DNA of 64,000 nt, from contig OZ260663.1 of assembly GCA_965285935.1 (NCBI GenBank), positions 90,148,001-90,212,000 on the forward strand, given 5' to 3'. The first letter of the stretch is position 1, and each line of letters opens with the position of its first letter. A program made the translations under genes and the position numbers. This stretch comes from Ophelia neglecta (lineage: Eukaryota). Shown piece by piece: positions 24,709-38,828 of this stretch. The notes under the pieces are model-generated. The model was given only the letters and a program-made list of their open reading frames with translations, was not told where the DNA came from and ran no database searches.

Positions 24709-27700
24709 ATGGTTAAACGAGTTTGTGTAGTAGGAGCTGGACCAGCTGGACTAGCATCTCTACGATATCTCACTGAGAATCCCGGTGTTTTTGATGTCGT
24801 TGCCTTTGAACAGACGACTGAGGTTGGAGGCATCTGGGCTTATAAGGAAAACGACGGGACCGATGAACATGGACGGCCTGTACACTCAGCTATGTACCCA
24901 GACCTCATGTAAGTGTATGTATAGTCGATTGCCTTAGACTGCCATACTTATCAATATCGGATTGCAAGTGGTTGAAAACGGTAAGCGGGCAGTTATCTTT
25001 TCGAGCTCTTTAGGGTGACAGACCTCCGCCCCTATTACTTTTACCTTGTTTGAACACTGTCTAAGCACCAGAAATAATAAATAGATGATGTCTATGCTTA
25101 AAAGAAATATTGCCTGAAATATTAACTATTTAACGTTAATTTTTAGAACCAACTTTCCGATCCTTATGATGGAGTTTCCCGGCTTCCCCTACCCAGACCA
25201 TCTACCGTCATTTGTGCATAACACACATGTTAGAAAATATTTTGAAGACTTCTGCCAAACACTGTCTTTGAAGAAATATATCCAGGTAATTATCTATTCG
25301 GATGGGTTCAAACGGTGTACAATATCTATATAGTTCCGAACTTTCATTCCACTGAACGTCAAAACACTATTTATATAAGATTATAGAGATAAACAGATCA
25401 GTGACCTTTCCTTTAAATTACTAGATTTTTCATCGTAGCAACATTGGCTCAGTATATTTTGTGTTCCCAATATACACACTTGATCCATCTTGTAAAAGCC
25501 CATTACAGCTTGTACTTTAGACTTCTTTTTATTAATCGTCTTCAAACTCGATATATTATATCTTCATCAGTTCGAATCCAAAGTGGTTGAGGTAAAGCCT
25601 GTTGAGGAGGGTACGCATGACAGCCGTAAGTGGAAGGTCAAGGTTGAGTCCATGGCTCATGATAATGACATAGCCCTTGAACCGACTACATATTACTTCG
25701 ACGCCGTAATGGTGTGCACAGGGTAAGCAAATAGCGCAATCTATACATGTATAGATAAACCATATATACAAGGCGTCCCAAAAAAAAGCATTTCGGGAAT
25801 ATATCCATGTATGAAAATTCATGTACACTAGATTTAATGACGGGTAAATAGCATGTTCTTCGAAAGTATCATCCGATTCCATAATAGTATGAATTATAAA
25901 CATCATAAAACCGGTCGACTAAAAAAAAAAACTTTATGATTTGTTTGTACAATGTGCACTGCAAGAGATTGTTAACTACTTTCTCAGACCATAAAGACTA
26001 TGGGCACAATTTAACTTATTATATCCGCGAAATGCGGATATTATGTTTTCAGTAGCACCGCCGCAGCCGCCGCCGCCGCAGATTTTAGTCGTTAACGCGA
26101 TAACTCAAAAAACTATTTCGTACATCTTTTTCAAATTTGACCAAGCCATAGACATTAATGAGAGGAGGAACTGATTAGATTTTTGTGAAATTCCAATAAT
26201 TACTAATTAGTTAAAACAATTATTTAATTACGTCAGAAACGCATTTTCTGCAATAACACAAAAAATATTTGAAACATTCTTTTTCTAATTTGACACAGCT
26301 ATAGACCTTATTGAGAGGAAGAACTGGTCTTATTCTGGTGAATTTCAAATAATTATTAATTACTTAAAACAATTAAATTTATTATGTCAAAAACACATTT
26401 TCTTTCACATATTCGACAGTATAGATGATATTGGCTTCAAGTTTTGTGTCATGATTCATGTGATAAGTATATACAATCTCTGTTATAAGTTAACTATATA
26501 CAATCTGTGTAATAAGTTAATTAGCTAACATTATTAATGGCCTGAAAAAAAAATAGTTTAGGTCGTTTTGCATTATTATTGAGGTCATATGGAACCTGTT
26601 AATCGTGTAATAACTATATACAATCTGTGTAATAAGTTATCTAGTTAACTTTATTAATGACCTGAATTTTTTTTGGTTAAGGTCGTTTTGCATTATTATT
26701 GAGGTCTTATGGAACCAGTTAACTTTATTAATGACCTGAAAAAAAATTAGTTAAGGTAGTTTTGCATTATTTTTGAGGAACCAACTTTTAGAATGACCTG
26801 CATTATTACTGAGGTCATATAGAACCTACTACAATCTGTGTAATAAGTTAATTAATACTGTGTAATAAGTTAACTAGTGAACTTTATTAATGACCTGAAC
26901 AAAAATTAGTTAAGGTCGTTATCTTTCGTGCCAACTAAAAACTACCATTTTCACTACCTCGCCTTATGCCATGTTCCCCATTCGACTATTGCACGAATTC
27001 GCGGATATACCCCTTGCTGTCGGCCCCCCGACAGCATTGGCTTAGTTTGGAGATAAATGTAGTTCGATAATTCCAAGCACGCCAGCAAAAATCGAAATGA
27101 CAACTTTTGAAAACGAAAACAACAGAACTAATTATAAGTGAATCGATTAGCAAGTATGAACTGTGTTATTGGGCGGAACCACGATACCCCGCTTGTGGAG
27201 TATATCCTTTGCAAAACAGTGTGGATCCCTCGTGAATAATCCTGGCATGTCTTTTCAAATCGGGGAGGATACAAACTTTGTTCATAATGTAATGTATTGC
27301 GAACTAGACGAGTATCGCTGAACATTATAGGTGATTAGTTTAAATGAGAAGTGAACAAGACAATATAAATTTCCATGACACTCAAGTTCACTTCTCATGA
27401 TGGACAATTCAGTTATTTAGTGTGCCCATCAATGAATTCCACATACATCTTGTTAAAGCCGTTCTTTTACATAGAAACATGTAATTCCTAGTTTTATCAC
27501 ATTACCAAAGATAACATTTTCGGGGGGGGGGGGGGGTGAATCTTTATCTCCAGTGTCGGCTAAAGACAGCGTATAATGGTAAGGTGCGATATCTATTTGA
27601 AAAATGAACTAAAATTTCAGCAAATATTCTACTCCGAGATGGCCTACACTGCAAGGGCTGGAATCGTTCGCAGGGGATGTGAGGCACAGCCGGACGTACC

Positions 27701-30018
27701 GTCATCCAGAGGACTACGCCGGAAAACGTGTGGCTGTCATAGGAGCGGGACCCTCGGCAATGGACATTGTTCTGACCTTGACATCCCATGCAGAACATGT
27801 AAGTAGCTACACCAACTTGGGTGAGGAGCAGAACAGAACACATCTGTAATTAGACCAGATCCATAGAGTATCATACAGGGGGACTATCCCATATATTAGC
27901 AGCTTTAAATGTAATCTACCCTTTATCGAATTACCACACCTGCGAGAAATGACTAGATTAAAGCTAGATTTATTATTAAGACTTCACCTGACTCACTCTT
28001 GTGAAATTATTGATATAGGCGGGGGATTTTATAAATATATCAAATATCAGTATAAGAAGACCCAAAGCTAAGAAAACTACCCTCCTCTAAACAGTACCAA
28101 CAAGTCCTTTCTTAAATAAGATGCATCCAAATACAAAAAGCATACACCTTTTAATCTTGTTTCAAGAACGCCACAGACTATCTTTTATGAAGTAAGTTAA
28201 AACATGAATCTAGAATTACCTCATAAGACTTAGTTGAAAAACGGGAATGGATCCTCTGCTGACAAAGCCAAATCTTTAATCCAGAAAAGCCTATTAATCG
28301 GTCCGAAATCACCAGGAACCAGCATAGCTACAGAAACTCAAACATCAATACATCCATCTTCAGCTCTCAAGTAGTATGATAATCCTCTAATGAATATAAG
28401 GGAAAATTAAAAACACACTCTTTATATCACTTGCAATGAGAAGTAGGTAATAGTTCACCATGATGCGATTCAGACCACAAAACAAACATGTCAGAGGTCA
28501 ACGAGGGACAGAGATGAATACACTGGTTATTTCTATATCATTTTGTGCATCCACGTGCTTTGCTATAGTCTCCAATGTAAATGTTGCACCATTAATGACG
28601 TTGATAATCGTAGAAACATTGAATAGAGGTGTAAAATGGTACATCAAATACATACATTGAATTACATGAAGTCGTTTTTATTATAGAATAACAAAACTAT
28701 TAGTCTCGGGCTTAATAATCTAAAGTATGCCTGCCTGCTCATCATTGGGGACAATTTTTTTTCAATTCAAATCAAATAGATTTATTGCCATGAAAACATT
28801 TGAATTTACACAGGAAATAGACAAATAAACATGATTAGTCATTTGACATGGCAAAGAGGGCTTGACAACTAGTGCAGTAGACACCCTGTTATTAGGCACT
28901 CAAATACAAAGTCGAACAGTGCAACCATTGTGCAAACCTAATATATAGTGATAAGGTACATGAAGACAGTAAAAAAAAGCTATGTGAACCCCCCCCCCCC
29001 CCCCCCCCCAGATTTCCTGGTTGTCTGCTGGTCATTTGGAAGTGGATAAAAGGTAAACATTCAAATTCTGATTGTAGGATGAAATTTTACAATTAACATT
29101 AATATCATTAAATAAAGTGTTCCACATTTTTATACCTCTTACTTTCAAACAATCCTGCTATTGCTGTACAGATTCACGCCTTAAATTCACAAAAGCAATG
29201 GAAACACAATATACTACTGGGTTTTCTATAGGAGATCATGTACTATCCGTCTTAACCTGATGGTGGCTACACCAGCTAACTGAAAATAAATTTCACTTTT
29301 GGTGATACAGGTCATGTGACTATAATGAACAGATATTATGTTTTCTGGAATTATGTAATTTCAGATTTTCCACTGCCGCGACTCGCACCGCTCAAATGTG
29401 TGGCCGCTGTTGGTTGCAGGTAACCTTTCTAACTGCTCTGATATCGCCGAGGTCAAGCCAAGAAGTATTGTACTAGAAGATGGAGAAGAACTTAAAGTCA
29501 ATGCACTCATTTTGTGCACTGGCTACCTCTTTTCTTTTCCATTTTTGACGCCAAATTGCCACCCAAAGATTAAGGACAACCGCGTCAGTCCCCTATATAA
29601 ACATGTTATACACGCTGAGCATCCCACGATGGCATTTCTTGGTGTATCCTCATTTCTAAGAGTGGTAGATTTAGAAGCACGCTTCTTCCTAGCCTCTTTA
29701 ACATCGAAAATGATGCTTCCCTCCAGGGAAGAAATGGAACGAGATGTAGAAGAGGATTATAAACGTTCCCTTGGCCAGGGGGTAGCAACAAGGAACTACC
29801 ACTCCTTATTCCCACCACGTTTGGGGTTGTATATACATGATTTGGCAAAAACCGCGAACATCGCCCCCATGCCACCGTATTATGAAAATATATTCATCCA
29901 CCTTTTTAAAGCGTATCGCACTGATTATGCCAATGTTAAAAACACCCATTTTACGAAGATTGACGACGATAACTTCATAACGGAACCTGAGATGAATAGA
30001 AGCCAAAATCTCGTCTAA
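24709..30018 (+). CDS. Flavin-containing monooxygenase copy A2, intact, 440 aa (soluble FMO GS-OX/senecionine-N-oxygenase-like type)
   Basis: Exons 24709-24908, 25147-25285, 25571-25722, 27621-27798, 29365-30018 give 1323 nt, open to TAA. Motifs: GAGPAG, GGIW, TNFP, FDAVMVCTG, FxGxxxHxxxY (FAGDVRHSRTY), GAGPSA, LILCTGY. No hydrophobic C-terminal anchor is visible. Confidence 0.92.
26019..27047 (+). mobile_element. Same Helentron-type element in FMO A2 intron 3
   Basis: Near-identical copy of 9728-10752 at the same intron position. Confidence 0.8.
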
Positions 30019-32742
30019 TTAGGTTATCAACATCATTTGTGATGACACAAAGTTAAACTGGTAGTTACACTATTTTGATTCCTTTAACAAATTCCCTCAG
30101 TATGATAAAAAGCTTTATACCATCATAGCCGTGATTGGCCGTTTGCCTCCTGTACTGTTATCATCAATCCTTATATACTCTGGCCACGAATCTATTCGGA
30201 TTATATTTACGGTAAATGAAAGCAGCAAAATACAATATGCAGAGTATTAAACAATAATAAACCCAAATTTTTGTCAAGAGAGTATGTTATTATTTGGAAT
30301 GAAGAAACAACCAAGGCTTTTCTTTAATGTTTCAGTGAATTATATTAATCGAGTATCGAATTGTGTATGTGTACTGAATTATCCATATATCTGAACATTG
30401 TATGTGCATTTTGCTCAATCATATCTTGAATATTGCCAAAAATAGTAGTGTGATAAAAGTAAACAATAGTAATCAAGAAGCTCAGACTAAGAGAACGTGT
30501 TATCTTATAATACTCACCATCTTATTTCTCTAATGGAAAACCTTTTTCATAGTTTTCCTACTATAGCTCTATCCCCAAATCTACAAGAATTACAGAAATA
30601 TGTAACAAGTTCATACAGAGTTGTTTGCACAGTATTTCGATAAACGGTTTACTAAACAATGTGTTATTGAATAAAGGTTAGTTTGAGTAATATGTTTTCC
30701 GATTATGTACTTGCTGACTATCCTAACCGACCCAGTCACCATAGAAACATGGTTGGAGTTGTACTATTTAACACTATAAGGGAATATTATTTTCAGGTCT
30801 TTCTAAAAAAAATGCCGTTAACTGGTAGCTAATGATCATTTCAATTCTATTTCCAATGTTTTTTGGCAAACAATTTTTTGTGTGCCTCTGTTTATTCGGC
30901 ATGGGCCTAAATAAACCCCCTGAAGACGCCTCACACGACAATGAAAAATGATGAATATCTATAGTAATTATTATGGACCTAAAATTGTGTGTTCGCTTCT
31001 CATACACAACTGAGCATGGAAAATGACCCCCGCCAAACCCGATCCACGAGTATATACATCATGCTGCTGTCATCACGACGGTTGCCATGGAAACCACACT
31101 TCAGCCTGGACTGGCTACTGGTTGTTAGTGTTGTCATTGGCGTGAAATAGCTCAGTGAATACCGAATGTATAAGAAAGTAGTTGAAGGTGAAGTTGATAT
31201 CATCCCCCAATAGTTACGATAATCCTTGTGTACTAGCTACATAGTTTCCATGATTACAAAGGACTGTAACAACCCATAGAGCGGCGAGTTGCATAATGAT
31301 AAAATGTTCTTACTTCGTGGGCACGGCTTATTGGCATGCCTCTACACCTCCAATCGATGTGAATAACCACATGCGATTTGCCTTAAATTCGGAGGACAGT
31401 TCCTTGAAATATGACTAGCATTACCAATGACAATCCCCCTCCCCTTTCCCATCACTGCCTGCCACACTTTTAGTCAACTTTACATCAATTTAAGGGCCTT
31501 TGGCCATTGTTACACCCAGAGACTTATCATAAGGATCCGGAAGCAGGGAACTAAATAAATCTCCTATCTCTTCCATGTTAAATCGAGGCTTTTTGACGTC
31601 ATTTTTTTTTGTATTTTTACAACAATAATCTGCTTATACTGACTAGTTCTGCCTATGCAATAGGGGAAAAATTATAGAAAATCAGCCTAGAAAATGTACA
31701 TGAAATTTCACCAAGGCTCCTGAAGAAAAAGTGGCAATTTTTTATTTCTTTTTATCACGTGTGGCAGCAATACCGCATAAATGAACCCATGAATACCCAC
31801 ATGTGTCGTTTGCAGTCCCACAATACCAAAATAAACCATTCAGGGTCAAAAATTGTTTACTATTCATATACATACTATCTTAATTTTACTATTTACACAT
31901 GAACCAGGCAATGCGGATATGTTTTCTGCCTCTTTTTTTACAGGCCAGGTTGGCCAACTTGATTATTGCTCTGAGAGCTCTGGAACACCTACCAGGGGGC
32001 AGCACTGCATGGAATAATTGCTATTTAGTTCACTGCAACCTATAGTCTGTTAGCACCAATTTGACGTGACTGTAAAAGAATAGCTAACGACAAACCCATA
32101 CTTAAAAGGCAAATCTTTATTTGAAAATAGCTTTTCTAAATACACAGCTTATTTGGCTTTTAAATAATGTTTTGACATTTCAATTAGCAAACAAAACGAA
32201 ATAGGTGTACATGTATTTGGCTTAGGGCAGGATATGATAAAACCAGCGGTTTCAATTGCAATATACAAATCCTTGGATTAATATCATTTATATCGGCCCC
32301 TTTTTATTTTCATTTCTGTGCAAGGTATCTTGGTAAGGGACTTTTTAAACGAACCAAGTCAAACAATTATATAGATATGATGTACAACTGACCAAGGCAA
32401 TCCGGTTACCATGGACACATATAAGGACGTGTAGCTATTTGGTTGGATCGTTTTCCTTTGTTCCTGGTGCTCAACATGTTTCAAATATGCCCATGAAGTT
32501 AATAATGTTTTAATGTTTATCCTCGTTTACTATGTAATATTCGATCACAATTTGACTTCCATATGATATATTTTGTTTGCGAAACATCAATCGCTACCAT
32601 CAATCGCTAGATAGTACTAGACATTGGCCTGGTAATTTCAGTCCAAAGGGCATGCGACCAGCGCGCCCACTAGGTCGATTAAGGTAATTTCATGTATAGC
32701 GAGCTAGACGAGTAATCCTTCACAGAAGGGTATTTTTCAAAT

Positions 32743-35700
32743 ATGGTTTAACGAGTTTGTGTGATAGGAGCTGGACCAGCTGGACTAGCATCTCTACGAT
32801 ATCTCACGGAGAATCCCGGTGAATTTGATGTCATTGCCTTTGAACAGACGACTGAGGTTGGAGGCATCTGGGCTTATAAGGAAAACGACGGGACCGATGA
32901 ACATGGACGCCCTGTGCACTCTGCTATGTACCCTGACCTCATGTAAGTTTATGCATAGTCTTTTGCATAGGATTGCCATTCTTATCAATATCTGGTTGCA
33001 AGTGGTTGAAAAAGATTAGCGGACAATTTTCTTTTCGAGCTTTTTCGGGTGACAGACTTTCGCCCCTTTTACTTTCATTATGTGTTAGCATTGTCTTAAC
33101 ACCAGAGAGAATAAATAAATGATGTCTATTGATAAAAGAAACATTACCCTGGATTTTTAAGTATGTAACGTTAATTGCTAGAACCAACTTTCCGACCCCT
33201 CTGATGGAGTTTCCCGGCTTCCCCTACCCAGACCATCTACCATCGTTTGTACATAACACACATGTCAGAAAATACTTTGAAGACTTCTGCCAAACACTGT
33301 CTTTGAAGAAATATAGCCAGGTAACAATCCATTCGGATGGGTTCAAACGGTGTACAATATCTATATAGTTCCGAACTTTCACCCCACTCAACGTTCAAAC
33401 ACTATTTATATAAGATTATAAAGATAAACAGATCAGTGACATTTCCTTTAAATTACTAGATTTTTCATCGTAACAACATTGGCTTAGTATATGTTTTGTT
33501 CCCAATTTACACACTTGATCAATCTTGTTATAGCCCATTACAGCTTGTATTTTAGACTTCTCTTCATTAATCGTCTTCAAACTCGATATATTATATCTTC
33601 AACAGTTCGAATCCAAAGTGGTTGAGGTAAGGCCTGTTGAGAAGGGTACGCATGACAGCCGTAAGTGGAAGGTCAAGGTCGAGTCCATGGCTCATGATAA
33701 TGACATAGACGTTGAACCGACTACATATTATTTCGACGCCGTAATGGTGTGCACAGGGTAAGCAAATAGTGCAACCTATACATGTATTGATAACCATATA
33801 CACAAGGCGTCCCAAAAAAACGCACTTCGGGAAATAGCCATGTAAGATAATTCATATATACTAGATGATTTAATGACGGGAAAATGGCATGTTCTTCGAT
33901 AGTATCATCCAATCCCATAATAGTATGAATTAAAAACATTATTTGACTAACACTTTAAGATTTGTTTGTACGATGTGCACTTCAAAAACATTTTAACTAC
34001 ATTCCCAGACCATAAGAATATGGGCATTATTTACATATTTGGAAATAAAAAGTGTTTTGATAAATCAAAGAACCCCAGCAAAAATCGAAATGACAACTTT
34101 GTAAACGGAAACCACAGAACACATTATAATCAGATTGATTAGCAAGCAGTATGTTTTGGGCGGAACCACGATACCCCGCTTGTTGAGTATATCCTTTTCA
34201 AATCAATGTGGATCCCTTGTGAAAAAAATCCTGGCATGCCTTTTCAGTTCGGGGAGGATACAAATTATGTTCATTAATGATAACTCTGGCAACTAAATAC
34301 CAAATAAATGGGATAATCCCACATTAATGAAGGCCACGGTCAGCTTCAAGGCAAAGCATTTCACTCGTATGTACTAGATGTGCTGTAGGTGAAATGTAAG
34401 TGTTATATGTCTTTGATATAAGCCAAGTGATTCTTTATTACTGAACACTATTTGCCACATTTATAAAGGAAGAATTCAGTCCTGCAATCTGCATTTGTAC
34501 GGAACAATTAACTAGTATTTAAATAACGGCTAGTCTCAAATTTTATGATTGTTCAATGCATCCATTGCGCATGTTAGTTTGTTCCCGTTCAAAAACTGTG
34601 CAAAAATTAATTTATAAATTAAATAATTACATTGCCTTTATAAAACATGAGTGAACCTCTGACCACAAACAGAAGGGAAGGGGACTTAATTTCATACTGA
34701 AAAATCAGGAGTGAATACCCTGCAGAAAAAGCAGAATCAGGAATCAAGAATAGTCCTTTAAGCCGGTTCGAGATCACAAGCGAGCCTGAGATGCAGGTCC
34801 ACAACATAAATGATAGATATCTTACTGTAGATAAGAAAGTAACGAAGAAATCCACAGAAATACTTGATATCACTTAAAATGAGAAATGAATATGGCAAAA
34901 TTAATTTCCATTACGCCCGAGTCCACTTCTCATGTATGACAATTCAGATTTTTCGTTTCCCCTTCAATGAATTCCACGAATATCTTGTAAATGCCGATTT
35001 TTTATAGAGATAAATGTAATTCCTAGTTTTGTCACGTTACAAAACAAAACATTTGAGAACCCCGTAATAAAAACATGTAAAGGGTGTTTTGACTGTTGAA
35101 TTACAAATTTCTTTGCTCTCCAGTATAAGTTGGTCAAGGACAGCGTATCATGGTAAAGGAATATATCTATTTGAAATTAACTGAAATTTCAGCAAATATT
35201 CTACTCCGAGATGGCCGACACTGCAAGGGCTGGAATCATTTGCTGGGGATGTGAGGCACAGCCGGACCTACCGTCACCCAGAGGACTACGCCGGAAAACG
35301 TGTGGCTGTCTTAGCAGCTGGACCCTCAGCAATGGACATTGTTCTGACCTTGACATCCCATGCAGAACACGTAAGTAGCTACTCTTACTTGTGTGAGAGG
35401 CAACTACAGAACAGAATATACCCAGCATACCACCAGATATATAGAGTATCATACCTAGGGACTATCCATCATATAAGCGCTTTAAATATAATTTTCTCTT
35501 TCTGAAATTACCATACCTGTGAGGAATGACCAAATTTAAGATAAGATTTATTATGAGGACTTCACAAATGACTCACTTTTGTGAAATTATTGATATAGGT
35601 GGGGCTTTTCAATAAGCAATTTCATGATAAGAGGACCCAAAGCAAAGAAAACTACCCTCCTCTGAACAAAACGAACATTTCCTTTCTAAAATAAGATGCA

Positions 35701-36671
35701 TCTAAATACATCCTATGGCTTACAAAAAAATACACCTTATTACCTTGTTTCAAGAATGCTACAGACTATCTTTTATGAATTAAAGTAAAACATGAAGCCA
35801 TAATTACTTCATAAGACTAATTAGAAAAACGGGAATTGATAAATGAGGACAAAGACAAATCTTTCATCCAGAAAATCCCATTAATGGGTCCGAAAATATC
35901 AGGAAACAGCAGCCTTAGACCCGTACACAACAACACATCTATCTCAAGCTCTCAAGCAGTATTATAATCTTGTAATAATAAATGTAAAATAAAAAAATAT
36001 TGATATTAAAATTTCAGATTTTCCACTGCCGCGACTCGCATCGCGCAAAGTTGTGGCCGCTGTTGGTTGCAGATAACCTTTCTAACTGCTCTGGTATCGC
36101 CGAGGTCAAGCCAAGAAGTATTGTACTAGAAGATGGAGAAGAACTTAAAGTCGATGCACTAATTTTGTGCACTGGCTACCTCATTTCTTTTCCGTTTTTA
36201 ACCCCAGATTGCCACCCAAAGATTGAGGACAACCGCGTCAGTCCCCTATATAAACATGTTATACACGCTGAGCATCCCACGTTGGCATTTCTTGGTGTAG
36301 GCTCATTTCTTACGGTGATAGATTTAGAAGCACGCTTCTTCCTAGCCTCTCTAACAGGAAAAATGATGCTTCCTTCTAGGGAGGAAATGGAACGGGATGT
36401 AGAAGAGGATTACAAACGTTCCCTTAGCCAGGGCGTAGCAACAAGGAAATACCATTTGTTATTTCCACCACGTTTGGGGTTGTATATGCATGATTTGGCA
36501 AAAGCCGCGAAAATCGCCCCCGTGCCATCGTATTATGAAAAAATATTAATCCACCTTTTTAAAGCGTGTCTCCTTGATTTCGCCAATGCTAAAAACACCC
36601 ATTATACGAAGATTGACGACGATAACTTCATAACGGAACCTGAGATGAATATAAGCCAACCTCTCGTCTAA
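32743..36671 (+). pseudogene. Flavin-containing monooxygenase copy B2 with a nonsense codon 3
   Basis: Exons 32743-32942, 33182-33320, 33606-33757, 35193-35370, 36018-36671. The start reads ATG GTT TAA (32749-32751) where the other copies have ATG GTT AAA. The NADPH-binding motif is LAAGPSA instead of IGAGPSA. The rest of the frame is open. Confidence 0.85.
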
Positions 36672-37112
36672 TTAGGTCATCAACATCATTTGTGATGACA
36701 CAAAGGGAAACTGGTAGTTACACTATTTTGATACCTTCAACAAATTCCCTCAGTATGATACAAAGCTTTATACCATCATAGCCGTGATTGGCCGTGTGCC
36801 TCCTGTACTGTAATCACCAATCCTTGTATACTCTGGCCACAAATCTATTAGGCTTGTGATTGCGATAAATGAAAGCTGCAAAACACAATATGCAGACCCT
36901 TGGACAATAATAAAGCCAAATTTGTTAATGTTAAATAAATTTGTTAAAATATGTAATTATTTGTAATGATCAAACAAATAAGAAGCTTTGCTTTGATGTT
37001 TTAGTAAATTATAATAATCGATTATTTTATTATTTCGTATTAAGGTACATTGCGTTTCGATCCTTATATTGGAAATATCGAATTATGCATGTGTACCGAA
37101 TTATAAATATAT

Positions 37113-37607
37113 GCGGGGTGGGGGGGGGGGGTGTAGGGGAAGTTCCGACCACCGGGATCGGTTCTTTTAATTTACCGTGATTTAAAAAATTAACTTTGAT
37201 GTGACCGTGAACTGGGAATAACGTATTTACTGTGATTCGTTATCGGGCTCGGGAGATACCTGAACCGGGAATGACCGATTTATCGCTCATTTAATATCCT
37301 GTAAACTGGGTTTGCGGTTTACAGCCCAGGACGTCACGTCACATAATACCTTGAGTGAGCTCCTATAACACTTACATGGGTGTGGAATATGAGTTTGAAT
37401 TGAGAAATACGATTATAATAATGAATACACAACTGTGTTTCATTTTTTGTGAATGTGGATTTTGTTATTTTAGTCTCCGGAAACGGAGTAATTCCCTGGG
37501 AAGTGGGAAATTTCAATATATTTCACTGGGAACTGGGAAATGTCATTTTCAAAACTGTTATTTGGAAACAGAACCCCCGTCCCCTACCCCCCCCCCCCCC
37601 CCCCTCC
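37113..37607. mobile_element. MITE-like insertion with G/C-run termini and a TATA(T) target duplication, 3' of FMO B2
   Basis: Termini GGGG..GTAGGGGA and TCCCCTACCCC..CCTCC, flanked on both sides by TATAT. The uninterrupted site GTGTAC..ATTAT..ATATATCTGAAC is present in the paralogous flanks at ~14118-14146 and ~20815-20843. Confidence 0.7.
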
Positions 37608-38592
37608 TATATCTGAACATTTTCCTTCAGTTGATGAACTACAATAACAGTACCGCTTTTTAACATTGTTACACAATGGGAAACCATCTATTTCTTCATA
37701 AATAAGTGAGCTTAAAAGGCTATCTTTATTTTTAAAGACAATACATCCAAATATGAAGAATCGTGGAGCTATAATTTCGCTAATGTATTGTCTAAAGTAT
37801 TTGTAATTAAAACATTTATCATTAACCAACCTAAATGGGAAAGACCTAACTAATGGCCTTCGGGCTAATGTCCTACCCGAGCTATATCTGGGCAAAACCA
37901 ATGCTACTAATATTAGGTAGGTAATAAATCGAATGCAGTGGTTAAATACTGCTAAAATGGCAGAAGATCACAACATGGCTTAGCATTGTGTGAATCTAAA
38001 TAAACGTGAAATCAAAATAAGACTACACGGCTAGTTGTAGCACCAAGCTGTTTACCATGCGCACTCACGTGATTCCAACGGGAAAATTGAAAAACCCGCG
38101 TGATCCTATTTTCGAACGTCTTTATTAAATGACTTAACATGAAAATAATAAGTAAAGGCACATGTTTATATAGTTCGTTTAGTCCTCTTGATGGCACAAT
38201 ATGAGGTTTTCACCGGTTTTCACGATTGAAATACTTTGAAAATCAATGCGTTCCTCATAGATGAAGACAGGCGGGGAATTATGATCGCAAAGAATTAGGT
38301 GTCATTGATATTCTAATACATACGTCCTTTAATTCTGGTGTTAAAAAATTATTACGTGCTCTGAGTGCTAATTAATATTAAGATTAAAGGTTAACATATA
38401 TTGATAGTTTAATTGAATAAACAGTAAATCATATAGACTGTATAAAGGTTCCTTCAAAGGTAATCACAATCGTCTGCTGGTGAATCAGGCTCATCTCATG
38501 ATAATGCGAAGATGAATATACCCGTTTACCAAAGTGACTAAGCTAGGTAAAGTAGTAGTTGGTAGTACCAGATACAACGCGCCTATCTCCAG

Positions 38593-38828
38593 AGCCCGTA
38601 TTCTGGACGCGGCCTCAAGTTTAAGGATTATATGAGCCTATTACCAATTAACTAAACAGCGTTTATCCGGGGTTTCTATTGACCACGACTAAGTTTAAGA
38701 CCAAAATGACTAGGTTTAATCGCAAATTTAGCTTCCACAACCCCGATCAGTAAGTTAATACTGATTACATATATTTATCATGATTTGAATTCATGTTATG
38801 AGTTGAGACGGGGTCTAGAAAACGGGCC
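38593..38828. mobile_element. Short TIR element (PIF/Harbinger-like MITE)
   Basis: Inverted termini GCCCGTATTCTGGAC ... GTCTAGAAAACGGGC. A related copy in the opposite orientation lies at ~60953-61172. Confidence 0.55.

Larger units (their letters stand above)
22779..37620 (+). repeat. Segmental tandem duplication, copy 2 (contains FMO A2 and B2)
   Basis: Colinear with 6475-20845. The core is near-identical, the ends are more diverged, and there are reciprocal indels (for example 31250-31370 and 32367-32440 occur only in copy 2; 15177-15267 only in copy 1). Confidence 0.92.
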
